Shown piece after piece: positions 1 to 11,000 of a DNA stretch of 64,000 nucleotides. The translations under genes and the position numbers were made by a program. The notes below the pieces were generated by a model. That model searched no databases and had not been told where the DNA came from. It saw only the letters and a program-made list of their open reading frames with translations. Position 1 is the first letter of the stretch. Each line of letters opens with the position of its first letter. The stretch is from a virus. The DNA lies in the IMG/VR virus record IMGVR_UViG_3300025150_000003, positions 105,414 through 169,413 of that record; one strand, written 5' to 3'.

Positions 1-2625
1 GATGAAGTTCTCATCATGGGAGTAGTCCACAAGAACGGTCTGCCCCTCTACGATGCGACTGGCATCCGTGAGCTGGATGCCCAAGGGAGTGGTCTCATCC
101 CCGTAGATGATGGTGAAATCCCGCTGGGGGTCCGTCGAGAGAGGCCCGTTGTACTCAATGGTTCGGTCGAAGTTCCAGACCCTCACTGTCAGGTGGTTGG
201 CCCCAAGGTTGTCGAGGTACTCGATGCCAGTGAGCATCGAGTGGCTCTCCCCTGTCACCGTCAGAGGTGTTGATGACGGGATGGTGGCCCCACTGGTCAG
301 TGGTTCCGTCACCTGTACATAGTCCCCAGCCATCGTGGAGCGCCCCAGTACCAAGGGATCCGAAGCCCGGTAGAGGTCGTAGATGCCCTCTGCAAGAAGA
401 CCTGTCTGCTCCCCCTCGAACCGAGACACTGAGATGACGGGCTGTCGGGTGAGCACGAACTTGTTGCTGGTCCGGTAGCGGTAACTGCCCCGGAACTCAT
501 CGGTCAGGGCATGGACGGTGGGGTCGTTGTAGTCCGTCGAGAGCTGGATCTCGTTGTAGGCGACGTACTCCACGTCGGTCAGGTCAAACAGAGCACTCTT
601 GGTGACGTTCTCGAACACCAGGTCAAGCGTGGGAAGGTCAAGCATCTCGATGAGCGGGTTGTCTGCACTCAGCGCTGGGTCGATGGCCCGGAACCGCAAC
701 GTAGCCAGATCCCCGACCGGCTCGAACTGCTGATGATCCCGTGTCTCGAAGGCGAAAGCGAAGACGTCGGTCACCCGGGCCTGTGACTCCCCCCGCAAGT
801 AGATGTCCACTTTACCACCCACGTGCCGCCCGGTCTCATTCCGGTCGCGCATCATTAGGCGATGGCCTGCATGGATGACGCTCACCTGAGCGACACCAGG
901 GGTGTTTGTGGCATTGTTGACGTAGCCCTGAAGGGTCCCCGAGTCCACAGCGGCCAGGACTCGCAAAGCCCGCAAGGCGAGGTCACGATTGGACTCACGG
1001 TCTGTACCCCCGAACGTCGGGGACTCATTCGTGACCCGAACGTTGAGGTCGTTGTTGCGGATGACGGTGATCTGCCCACCCGCCAGGTTCCCAGCAGAAC
1101 CTGCGAAGTCCGCCTGGATGAAGGCTCGGCCGATGTACCGGCCCGTCTTCGGGTTGTAGTTCCGACCGACCCCCGTGGGGGAGATCAGTGCTGTGGACGT
1201 TGTGCGGAACGTGGCCTGCCCTGCCGAGAGGAGAGTACCGATGCTCTTGGTGATGGAAGCCGTGGGCTTGTCCACGACGTAGAAGGTCACCTCACCACGG
1301 GCTCGCTTCCCGCCCTCTCGGATAACCCCGTGGTTGCTAGCGAGTTTATCGAAAGCGTTGTCGATGATCGTCTGTACTTGGTCATCGCTCGTTAGGTGGA
1401 AAGCCTCCCGCAGAGCCGTCTTGTAGCTTGACTGACTCACCGCTACAGGGAATCCCGACAACGTGGGGTCGTCGATGAGCAGCAAAGTGGCGAAGCTCTG
1501 AGCGTTATGCAGGAAATCGACGATGAACCGAATCCGGTCGGCCTCGGTGGCGAAGGGGTCGATGAACGTATCCCGCAAGGCCGAACCGGGGTCCACACGG
1601 ACTTGAGGCTGGCTCCTGTAGATGGATAGTACAGCCTTGCGGACCATCTGCTGCCGGGTCACCTGGGGGAAAGAACCCACCGTCGGCATGATCCGCAACG
1701 GTGCCCCCACCACCTCAGGAGAGAAGAAGCTCTCGTACTCCACACCGTCAATGAGATGAACGGCGGTGGCAACATAGTACAAGGGTGTATTCTCGGGCAC
1801 CGTTGACAACTCAGAGTGGGGCAGAGCCGGGTAGGTGCTACTCAGAGTGGCCTGACGGTCATGCTCGAAAGTGTACCTACGGGTCTCCCGTACACTCTTG
1901 ATGGTGGTCTCCACCCGGAGCCGGTCGGTCGTCTCAGGGATGTTCAGCAGCTCGTCGAAGCTGACCCCCAACTCGACGTCGTTCTGGTCTTCCTGTGACC
2001 CCCGCATACGAAAGTACATCGGGTCAGCCACATGAAACCCCTCGGAATCGAGAACGACATTGCTGTCCACGACCAGGGATGCCAGATCTGTCTCCGCTTC
2101 CACCACCTCACCAGAGATGACCATCGAGGGGTTGAGCCGGAAGTACCCTACATCCCCGCCACCTGGCTGGGAGCTAGCATAGAAGTGGTAGCCGACGACG
2201 TTCTCGTTGTCCTCAATACCCTCAGCCGTGATCTTGACGGTTGCGTTGAACCGCTCCAGATAGATGCCGGTCGGAGAAGCAACCAAGGCCCCAATGTCTG
2301 CCTCAGTGGAGAGGTGAGCATCCAGTACCGCCAACTGCGTGGCGGAGCCATTCGTGAGGATGGCTTTCACCCGAATGTTGTTCCCACCAGCAAGAAGCTG
2401 GAGTCCATCTGGGTACGCGGAGGGGTTGGGGACCGTGAACGTTGTCCCCTCGAAAGTGATCAGGTTGGGGTCGCTGGTGAAAGCGGCCCCTCGGATCGAC
2501 ACCTGCATGTCCACTGTGTCCGCTGGCGTCGTTCCTGTGAAGAACTGCTGTGAGACCGTGGTGGACAGAAAGTAGTTCTGCCGCAGAACGTTGTCGGGAC
2601 CATTGAACTGAGGGTAACTCGCCAT
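1..2625 (-). CDS. Baseplate J/gp47/gp6-like wedge protein, truncated at the window edge (>875 aa)
   Basis: Absent from the ORF track because it runs off the window. ATG at 2625 overlaps the upstream TGA. Manual translation gives baseplate-J motifs: DKLASNHGVIREGGKRARGEVTF, GSAGNLAGGQI, VTNESPTFGGTDRESNRDLALRA, GTLQGY, GGKVDIYLRG. Confidence 0.85.
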   Translation of the reverse strand, partial: MASYPQFNGPDNVLRQNYFLSTTVSQQFFTGTTPADTVDMQVSIRGAAFTSDPNLITFEGTTFTVPNPSAYPDGLQLLAGGNNIRVKAILTNGSATQLAVLDAHLSTEADIGALVASPTGIYLERFNATVKITAEGIEDNENVVGYHFYASSQPGGGDVGYFRLNPSMVISGEVVEAETDLASLVVDSNVVLDSEGFHVADPMYFRMRGSQEDQNDVELGVSFDELLNIPETTDRLRVETTIKSVRETRRYTFEHDRQATLSSTYPALPHSELSTVPENTPLYYVATAVHLIDGVEYESFFSPEVVGAPLRIMPTVGSFPQVTRQQMVRKAVLSIYRSQPQVRVDPGSALRDTFIDPFATEADRIRFIVDFLHNAQSFATLLLIDDPTLSGFPVAVSQSSYKTALREAFHLTSDDQVQTIIDNAFDKLASNHGVIREGGKRARGEVTFYVVDKPTASITKSIGTLLSAGQATFRTTSTALISPTGVGRNYNPKTGRYIGRAFIQADFAGSAGNLAGGQITVIRNNDLNVRVTNESPTFGGTDRESNRDLALRALRVLAAVDSGTLQGYVNNATNTPGVAQVSVIHAGHRLMMRDRNETGRHVGGKVDIYLRGESQARVTDVFAFAFETRDHQQFEPVGDLATLRFRAIDPALSADNPLIEMLDLPTLDLVFENVTKSALFDLTDVEYVAYNEIQLSTDYNDPTVHALTDEFRGSYRYRTSNKFVLTRQPVISVSRFEGEQTGLLAEGIYDLYRASDPLVLGRSTMAGDYVQVTEPLTSGATIPSSTPLTVTGESHSMLTGIEYLDNLGANHLTVRVWNFDRTIEYNGPLSTDPQRDFTIIYGDETTPLGIQLTDASRIVEGQTVLVDYSHDENFI

Positions 2626-3800
2626 CACTGGCCTCCAGTCAGGCGGTTGCGGTCATTCACCGCAAGGCCCCACAGTTGCTCTGTCCCCAGCCCCGCAGCT
2701 TCCGTGCCGAGCATCAGACCATTTCGCCCCATCAGGGCTACAACTTCAGGAACCGAGAATACGATGTTCAACTCGATGGGTTGCCCCGAGGAGTTCTGGA
2801 CCGTCACCTCAATGAGGTAGGTCGTCGGGTCTTGAGCGTGTCGTTTCACGTTGACGGCGAGCACAGCGTAGAGCCGTTCCTTGAACGACATCTGCTGGTA
2901 CTTGGCCTGGTCAGCCTGAAGGGACTGCAACTGACCCAGTGCTTTCCGCACATCCTCGCTCAGCACTGAGGCCACGCCCGAGAGAGCCTTGGTTCCGATG
3001 CGCTGCCGCAGCGTGGTGCCGTACCACGGATAGAACGGGTTGGATCCACGATCTGTCAGCAGAATCTTGAGGGCCGCCTGGTAGAGCAGATCCTCATTCT
3101 GGATGATGATCATGTTGCCGCTCTCATCGAACCTGTAGTCGTTCTCGATGAAGCTGGCTTGGCACCGCAGGCACCGCTGCACTGGGACCGAGTAGGTCAC
3201 CTTGAGCATCGGGTTGGACCGGAGGGGCTTGCGGAATCGGACAAACTGATTGGTGATAGTATCCGGGCGGAGGTACAGGTCCCATCCGGGGTAGACCTCA
3301 CGCCCGTAGGCCGCCCACGGTCGGTCAGAAACACCCGGTTGACCGAAACCCAAGCCCCCGGCCACCGACCCTGTCACCTTCACGAAGGCCGAGGGACCAA
3401 CGGTGTTGGGGTCCACCAACACCAGGTATCCATTGTCGTTGCGGACTTCCACGTGGGTCCAGCCTGCGATCTGTACTCGGCGAATCACCTGGTCTGTCGT
3501 CAACCGGATGAGAACTCGGTTCCCGAAGTCCAGTGTCTCAGAACCCCCGGTCGTCTCGACCGTGAAAATGCTCTCGTTCGGGATGATGTCAAAAGGTCCT
3601 GACACCGAGCTAGAGAGCACCGCTGCCGAGTAGACGCCCTGACGAGGGATGAGGAAATCATCGTTGGCCAGCACACGTACCTGACCAAGGGCGGCAATAG
3701 GCTGCCGAGGGTCAAGAGACCTCCGGTCCTCCCCCAAGGGCACCACTTCCTCCACCGTCAGGTGTGGACATGGCCAGGCAAGTTGGAACTCGATGGACAT
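2625..3800 (-). CDS. gp25/GPW-like baseplate wedge (sheath initiator) with N-terminal extension
   Basis: C-terminal LLYQAALKILLTDRGSNPFYPWYGTTL matches the gp25-family signature. Adjacent to baseplate J. Strong GAGGAG RBS. Confidence 0.8.
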   Translation of the reverse strand: MSIEFQLAWPCPHLTVEEVVPLGEDRRSLDPRQPIAALGQVRVLANDDFLIPRQGVYSAAVLSSSVSGPFDIIPNESIFTVETTGGSETLDFGNRVLIRLTTDQVIRRVQIAGWTHVEVRNDNGYLVLVDPNTVGPSAFVKVTGSVAGGLGFGQPGVSDRPWAAYGREVYPGWDLYLRPDTITNQFVRFRKPLRSNPMLKVTYSVPVQRCLRCQASFIENDYRFDESGNMIIIQNEDLLYQAALKILLTDRGSNPFYPWYGTTLRQRIGTKALSGVASVLSEDVRKALGQLQSLQADQAKYQQMSFKERLYAVLAVNVKRHAQDPTTYLIEVTVQNSSGQPIELNIVFSVPEVVALMGRNGLMLGTEAAGLGTEQLWGLAVNDRNRLTGGQ

Positions 3801-3846
3801 CGCTCTCCTCGGTCCTCCTCTTCTGCGGGGTATAGGCCCGAAACCG

Positions 3847-4749
3847 TCAGCCCATCAGCCCCATACCATCACCGGGCTCATCCTCCAGCGCGAACCGCAA
3901 GAATCCCAGGGTGGGACTGGGCTGGAATCCTGTAGGGAGGCCCGAATCACTCACATCATAGAGCAGGCTGTACATCTCGGCGATCACGACCTGAACAAGC
4001 CGGTTGGGGTCGAACTTGGCCTCGTCCAGGGTGGGCATGTCCACCAGCAACCCTCCGAAGGCCTCCATCAACGTCTCTTGCCGTTCGAGACGAAGTTGCT
4101 CCCAGCAGTCCGAGAGCTTGATGATCTGCCACTCCTTGTCCTGCAACCTGGACTTGATCTCCTTGTTCGCCCACTTCCGGGTGTCGTGCAGCACCCGAGT
4201 TACCGTGCTGTTGTCCCAGGCACCACGGTCCAGACGCCCACCCATTCGGCCGGGGATGTAGCCTGGATGGTCAATCATCCCACCTCGATAGCCCTCATAG
4301 CCGGTCATCTTCGGGTAGTTGCTACCTTCCTCAGCCGACTCTGGCAGAGGGTCGTTGTACTGCACCGACTTCGCACCAGGAGCACCACCACCAGGATAGG
4401 CCTGCTGCACGGCGAGGGAGCCACCCTCCTCGGGTGACATCCCCGTGGTGTCCGGATGCAAGAACCCACAGATGTTGAGCGGGTTTCCCCCAGTCGCGAT
4501 GTAGGCCTGCACCAGCCGGCAAAGGCTAGAACCCGCCGTCACCTTGAACCCTGTCCGGCGATAGGTCGCCTTGGTGCTAGACCCCTCATCGACCTGAGCG
4601 TAGTCAATGGTCACGAACCCAATACGAGTCATCTCCGCTGTCAACGTTGCAATCCGAGCGACCACGTCACGGCGCTCCCGAAGGAGCCACTGTGTGATGG
4701 CCCGGAAGTAACCCACTGAGAACACACTGCTTTTGCTGAACGACGGCAT
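3847..4749 (-). CDS. Hypothetical protein in baseplate module (300 aa)
   Basis: Co-oriented and tightly packed in the late operon; GGAGGT RBS. Confidence 0.7.
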   Translation of the reverse strand: MPSFSKSSVFSVGYFRAITQWLLRERRDVVARIATLTAEMTRIGFVTIDYAQVDEGSSTKATYRRTGFKVTAGSSLCRLVQAYIATGGNPLNICGFLHPDTTGMSPEEGGSLAVQQAYPGGGAPGAKSVQYNDPLPESAEEGSNYPKMTGYEGYRGGMIDHPGYIPGRMGGRLDRGAWDNSTVTRVLHDTRKWANKEIKSRLQDKEWQIIKLSDCWEQLRLERQETLMEAFGGLLVDMPTLDEAKFDPNRLVQVVIAEMYSLLYDVSDSGLPTGFQPSPTLGFLRFALEDEPGDGMGLMG

Positions 4750-4759
4750 AACCTACCTC

Positions 4760-7700
4760 CTACAGCACATCCGGCTCGTTTGTTGGGGCTGCACCAGCGG
4801 CAGGTTGAACCTGCTCGATGCCAATGGCATCAGGAGCCCGAACCAACGTGGTCATTGCCCCAGGATCCGGCTCCTGCCCACCAGCCAAATCGATGAGGTC
4901 GAAAATGAACGAAGGCCCCACAGGAAAAACCAAAGCGATTCCTCCCCCATAGGCCCTGGGCACGTCCGAGGGCTTGTTCTGCGCAGACACCAGGTCAGAC
5001 ACCAGACCATCCGTCCCATCGGAGAGCACCACCAACCCACTGAACTCAGGCAGGGCAAAGCTGAAACTCAGGAGCGACTGGATGAGGGAGTTGATGCGCC
5101 GGATGAGCTGCTGAAGGTCCGTGATGATGCCCTGCAAGAACCCGATGTACTTGACGATGACATCCGCCATTGACCGGGTGGCTTCGGACAACGCCAGGAC
5201 CCAATTCTCCAGGCCGTTGAGGAACCCCTCCAGCTCGGGGAAACTGTCAAACAACCGCAACGCGACCCACTCACCATCCTGTGGGGACCTCGTGAACGCC
5301 GCCGAAGCAATGTTCAGAGCAATGGCAGCTTGCTGATACAACACCCCCTCTTGGTACTCACGGAAGAGGCCCCTCAAGTAGATGGCGGCTCCCAGTGAAG
5401 AACCCCCCTTCTTGTAGTCAATCAGATCCGTAGCCCCGGAGTAGAACACAGGAGTCATGTCCCCCGAGGTTGAGACTCGACCCTTGGCCCGCTCGCTCAT
5501 TTCCTTCAGGTATACCTGCCACGCAGGTGGTATCAGCAGCTTGCCATCCTTGTCCGTGAACTTGTCGTAGATGATCTCCAGAGACCGAGGAGCAAGTCGC
5601 TTTTTCAGTTTCACTACGAGGGGGTTTTCCTGGGAGTAGGTGATCTCCAACCCACCACCGGACCACTCGACATACTCCCCTTCCCGCAGGCGAAGGACTT
5701 GCAACTCTGACAGCCCGGCTGCGGTCAGAGACGGATTGGGGAAAAACAGCTCCTCTGCGGCCTCAGCACTGATTCCCATCGACAGAACGTTCGGAGCCAG
5801 CCCGAACTCAGCCATCCCGGTGATCTGCTTGTCCGGGTCCAATGCCTGGAACAATGGCAGTCGTGGATTCTGGCCGATGGCCATCACAGCCTTCTCATAG
5901 TCCCGCTGAATCAACGAATCCTGCACCCCCAGCAGCGTGTGCCAGTCCACCGTCCGCAGAGCCTCGGTGGCCGCGACTACAGCCTTCTCCGCCCCGGGCA
6001 TCGGACCGGTCCTCTCGTAGATGTCGAGAGCCATTTGCTGGATTTGGCTGTACAGGTCAGCTCGCCACTTCTGAGGCGACTGGCTGGGTCTCTCCAGTAC
6101 GGTCAGATCGGGGAACATCGTGCGGAGCAATGCTCGGGAGTCTTCCAGACCCGTAGCCTGGAGAGCAAATTGGCTCCCAGCCCACTTACCGTCCTTGTAC
6201 CCCTGGGCCACCAACTCGGATTTTTGGCCCAACTCATCCAGCAGCGGCAAGTCCGACCGACTCAGGACCAGAAGAAGCAGTGCCGTCTGCAAAGCTACCA
6301 GATAGTCCTGGGTGTTGGCATTGGCGAACGTGATCTTCCGAGGGGCCGAGGGCATTCCTACAGCGGCCTCCCCCGACTTCATGCCGACGACAAAGGGCTC
6401 ACCCGAGGTAGCTGCCTGATTCTTCACGGCGGTAGCCGTGAACTCCCACTGAGGCAGCTTCTTGCCCGTGGCGATCTCTTTGCCTACAGCCCAGACCCGG
6501 ACGTAGTAGTTCACCGCTGGACTCTCGACCAGCCCGGCTACAGGAAGGATCTCCCCATTTACCCGCTCGAACCGAGAGTCATAGGGCATGTCCTCCAGAG
6601 CCAGCACTGCGCCATATTCCCCGGCGAACCACTGGGCCAGAGCTACGTCGGACTCGATCAGGAACGTCCGCTGGAAACGGAAGAAATGCCCCTTGCCATC
6701 ACCAGGCACCCCTAGCGCCGAAGGAACTGCGGCCCCATCTCGGAGCAGCAGCTCCAAAGGAACCACCTCATTCGAGGCAGGATCCAGCATTCCGTAAACC
6801 TGGCAGGCACTATCTTTCGCGACCTGGGTCTCCGGGTCGATGTTCTTGTTGTACTCCAGACCGGAGCCGTTGAAAGAAAGCATCTCCGCGCCGCCATGCA
6901 GCACGATGGACTGGTGATCCATCCCCAGGACGGAACCGTACTCCCGGGGCTGAACCTTCTTGTTGGCGTCACCATCCGCCGGCTTCTTGTCCGTGTTCTG
7001 CTTGGGTCGGCCGTACTTCAGTGCAAGGCCCTGCTCCAAAGTTGAAACGGTCACAAGGTAGCCAGACGGGCCGAGGATGGGCAACGGGTTGAAAGGGCTC
7101 TTCTGCGAGGCCGGTTGAGTCGTCCAGGTGACTCGGCACTGACTCGGGGGTGTACCTCCTCCTGCCTTCAAGGAAGCACTGAGACCCTGGAACTGAAACG
7201 CTGCAGGCACTGCCGCTATGGCCTGGGTCCCATACAAGGTGTCCTTGATGGTCGGGATAGGCATCCGGCTCGTGTCCGGGAAGAAGCTCACCCCGAGCAT
7301 CTTGAGGAAAGTGATGATGAAGTTGATCAACCTCTCGAAGTCCGAAGGGTCCACCGACAGGTAGCAGAAGAATCCCGCAACCTTCGTCTGTCCGGACACG
7401 TCTGGCCTGGTCGGATCCGTGCGGTCCGTGAGACGAGCGATCATCCTCCGCTCGTAGGCAAGATAGCCGCCCCGAAGATCCTCTGGAGGCCATCCCAACA
7501 GTGCCCAATCCCCCGTGAGATAGAGCCCCACTTGTCTCAGGTCCCTGAGGATGGCACTGACTTCCGCGACGATGACCTCGATGAGGCTGGATAGCGGGTC
7601 GATGTACCCCTTGATGAACGCCTTGGCGAACTCCAAGGCGAGGTTGGCCACCTCCAACAGGGCGACCAGCACCTCGGCGAAGTTGTTGACGGCATCCCGA

Positions 7701-7768
7701 ATCCCCTCAAGGTAGTCAGGGATTGCGAAGGTGGCGGTGCCCCACTGGCCTCGGACCTTGTCGGGCAT
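4760..7768 (-). CDS. Putative baseplate/virion protein (1002 aa) with related helical N- and C-terminal segments
   Basis: Long ORF, translationally coupled to the upstream gene, located in the baseplate cluster. Confidence 0.65.
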   Translation of the reverse strand: MPDKVRGQWGTATFAIPDYLEGIRDAVNNFAEVLVALLEVANLALEFAKAFIKGYIDPLSSLIEVIVAEVSAILRDLRQVGLYLTGDWALLGWPPEDLRGGYLAYERRMIARLTDRTDPTRPDVSGQTKVAGFFCYLSVDPSDFERLINFIITFLKMLGVSFFPDTSRMPIPTIKDTLYGTQAIAAVPAAFQFQGLSASLKAGGGTPPSQCRVTWTTQPASQKSPFNPLPILGPSGYLVTVSTLEQGLALKYGRPKQNTDKKPADGDANKKVQPREYGSVLGMDHQSIVLHGGAEMLSFNGSGLEYNKNIDPETQVAKDSACQVYGMLDPASNEVVPLELLLRDGAAVPSALGVPGDGKGHFFRFQRTFLIESDVALAQWFAGEYGAVLALEDMPYDSRFERVNGEILPVAGLVESPAVNYYVRVWAVGKEIATGKKLPQWEFTATAVKNQAATSGEPFVVGMKSGEAAVGMPSAPRKITFANANTQDYLVALQTALLLLVLSRSDLPLLDELGQKSELVAQGYKDGKWAGSQFALQATGLEDSRALLRTMFPDLTVLERPSQSPQKWRADLYSQIQQMALDIYERTGPMPGAEKAVVAATEALRTVDWHTLLGVQDSLIQRDYEKAVMAIGQNPRLPLFQALDPDKQITGMAEFGLAPNVLSMGISAEAAEELFFPNPSLTAAGLSELQVLRLREGEYVEWSGGGLEITYSQENPLVVKLKKRLAPRSLEIIYDKFTDKDGKLLIPPAWQVYLKEMSERAKGRVSTSGDMTPVFYSGATDLIDYKKGGSSLGAAIYLRGLFREYQEGVLYQQAAIALNIASAAFTRSPQDGEWVALRLFDSFPELEGFLNGLENWVLALSEATRSMADVIVKYIGFLQGIITDLQQLIRRINSLIQSLLSFSFALPEFSGLVVLSDGTDGLVSDLVSAQNKPSDVPRAYGGGIALVFPVGPSFIFDLIDLAGGQEPDPGAMTTLVRAPDAIGIEQVQPAAGAAPTNEPDVL

Positions 7769-8010
7769 CAGCTACCCCCACCGAACCGAAGCCGGATGAT
7801 CTTCTCCTCCAGCACCCGGACCTCCGCCTCCTTTTCCTGCACCGCCACCTCAAGCAAGGCGTTGAGCTTCCCAAGGTTGCCTGCCAGCCGCAGCGCAAAC
7901 CCAGGAGTCTTCGGGCCGTGGCCCCCCAGCTCTCCCCACTGCCCGAGATCAATGCCCGCAGCCTTCAGCCGCTCCTGCACATCCGCCAGCTCGTCAGCTT
8001 GGTTGCTCAC
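7768..8010 (-). CDS. Small coiled-coil hypothetical protein (80 aa)
   Basis: Start and stop overlap neighbouring genes; heptad-like C-terminus. Confidence 0.65.
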   Translation of the reverse strand: MSNQADELADVQERLKAAGIDLGQWGELGGHGPKTPGFALRLAGNLGKLNALLEVAVQEKEAEVRVLEEKIIRLRFGGGS

Positions 8011-11000
8011 CCTGTCACCCCTTCGGCGGTCTGCTCCAGAAGCAGTGTTCTCTGGCGGTCTTCCAGCCTGGCCGGGAGAGCCTCATCAAAGGCCTGCACA
8101 CGGGCCAGGGTTCCAATGTACCGGTGTGTCCGGTAAGCCAACCAGGTGTACCGGATAGCCCGAAGGCGATCACGGACATCGAGGATGAGCCCCAGCTCAT
8201 CAGGAAGAACGGGGCGAACCTCTGAACCTCCTGTTACCTGGTCCGTATAGGCCGTGTAGGGACCACCCACATCAGGGAACGACGGATCCAAAGCCGTGAA
8301 CTCCGTCATCCCAAAGGGATTGGTGGCATCCGGCTTCAACGTGTCCAACCGTCGGTCAAGAATCCAGAACCGTCGGTCCAGCAACGAAAGACAGTCGCTG
8401 GTGTTGATGAAGGGCGAGTAGTCGGCCTCTCCCACCAACGTCGTGACCAACCGGTTGGGGAACAACCCACTGCCCGAGTCAGGGTCAAAAGGAGCCCCCA
8501 GGTCCAGAACGTGCTCTTGGTCCTGCCAGTCCCAGTAGTAGCCGCCCTTGGTCCCCTTCATCACCGACCGGAACATCTCGATGAGCGAGAGCATCCGCTC
8601 CCGCATCATCAGCACGGCGTCCACGATCTCTGCACTGAACATCGCGTTCGGACGGATGATGCGGTAGCTGAACGGCCGCAGCGAGTGCTTGTCGAGAACC
8701 GTATCCAGAGAATCGGTGTACGACCAAACGCCTGGGCTGATCTCGGTGGCCTTGCGTGTAGGCCGCAAGTCGTTCTGACCCTCCCCAGTGTTCGGGGCAG
8801 GGTCAGACAGCTCTGAGAGACCCACCGTCGGATAGATGGCGTACATCAGGTCCGTCTGTGTGGTGGCCATCAGCACGTCAGCACCCAAGGTGCCTGCAAA
8901 ACTGTGCACGGGGTCCAGTGTGAGGTTCGTAGCCTCCACAGACTGCACCCGATAGAAGCCCCGGTTGTCGTCCAGGCTCGACACCTGACCCACGACATGG
9001 GGGCTCGGGTTGACCCCTGCTGTACGACCTGGAACGCTGGTATCCCCGAACGGACGGCTGCCCCGCTCGTCCACCACAGGAATCAGGCCCATCGGGTCAA
9101 TGATAACGATGTCCCCCGCACGGACCCCCAAAGCTACGAAGTCCGGGGGTGATGCTGAGTCATCGTAGAGCAGGTTGGCGATGCTCGTCCAATCCCCAGG
9201 TGCTGCCACCTCGGGCACGTAGCCGCCTACCCAGTTGCTTGGATCAACGTCGCTCTGGTCTGCTACCGTCTCGTGAATGACCTGGTCGGTGATGAGATCC
9301 AGGAGCTGCTCATTGCTCTGCTCGTGAGGAACAGGGGCCTGACGCAACCAGACCTCGAAGCGACGACCAATCACACTGGCCTGAGTCAGCGTGGCGAACC
9401 CCGGAGCCCGGAGTTTCAGCACAGCATCAGAGACGACCTCGGAAACGACAGCTTCTTCCAGCACCACTCCAGCATCATCGAGCAGGCGGAGGATGTCTCC
9501 CGGGTGGATGTTCACGTCCTCGGAAGTGAAAGGTCCCAGGTTCGTACCCTGGTACAGCACCCCATCGTTGTCGCTCCACACGTCAGGAACACGGGGGAAA
9601 GGTGTCCCGACGTTCCAGTTCATCTCGAAGTTCAGAGCCGTCAGGGTCCCCACCTGTTGTTCGTTCCGACTGAAATCGGTGACGACACCTCGACGAATCT
9701 CGTAGGCGTACTGCAAAGGATGAAACGCATCGTTGACGCCGTTCTGCTGGCCGTGCCACCGCCGGCACCGCCGAACCTCGAAATGCACATCCTCGGCTGC
9801 TGTGGGGTTACGCATCCCAATCGTCCCTGCCGTCAGGGACCGGGAAGCATCCACCACCTTGGGGTCGCTCGCTGGATCCAGGTTGAGTGTGACCCTCGGC
9901 GTCGAGGGCTCTACGAACACCCCGCCTTTGGCCCAGAAGTCCGTGACAGCCAAAGAACCTGGCAGCAGACACGCCACCCCGGCACCACCACTGAGGGTGT
10001 TGGGGTCGTTGAGCGTTGTGGCCTGGATATTGTCCAGATTGAGGCTGAGCAGGTAGGGCACATCCTCGTAGACAATCTCCTCCCCCGTCGGGTCAAAGAC
10101 CTCACTGCCATACACCGGGCTTTTAGCCACCGCTGCCTCACCAGCAGCGGGAGCCAACCCTCTCACGATCTCCAAGGCACCAAACGTGAGGGCCACGGAA
10201 CCATAGCGGCTGAACGTGAGGGTATTGACCCCATAGGCAGCCCCCGCGTTGTAGCCCACCACCGAGGAGTCATCAGGGAGACTGTTCCCACGGATCTGGA
10301 TGGGGATCTGCTGGATTCCAGTCCCACCGCCCGAGTTGTCGTGCCACCCAATTTGAAGGCCAACCAGATCGGCCACCAAATCAACAACTGGATCTACCAC
10401 AGCAGAATCGTCGGCCCACTTGAAAGAGCCTCCCACCAAGCTCAGGCCAGAGACATCCTTCGCGGTGTACTCCACGCTGAACAAGGCAGCCTTGTATTCG
10501 GCTGCAACTGTGGTGTTGAGGTCCCCCAACTGGACATAGACCTTACCTGATGCGGGCAAGATCGTGGTGCTATCAAGTTCCAGGCGCAAGACAAATGGAT
10601 CAAAATCGAAAGAAACCACCCGAGGGAACAGAGACGTGATGAACCCCCCACCACTCTTCAATGTAGCCCCAGCCACAGGCTTGTAGAGGTTGGGTCCTAC
10701 AGTGGGCTCCACGGCATACCGGACGATGTACGTCCCTGCCTTCTCCGTTGCGGAGGACGGCAGGGCACTACCTGAACGGTCAATGTAGACCAGGTCCCCC
10801 TTCACCACCCGACCGACATCACCGCTCAAAGCAACGGGCACGACCGTGTGGATCTGGTTTCCCTCCGCGATGCCATTCCCCACCAGGATGGGTACACCAT
10901 CCGTGTCCAGTGACTGAGACGCCACCAGAGCTGCCGTGATGTTGGAACCCGTGATGGGTGTGTTCAGGAACTCGAAGGCCATCACACGAAGGGAGCCTTC

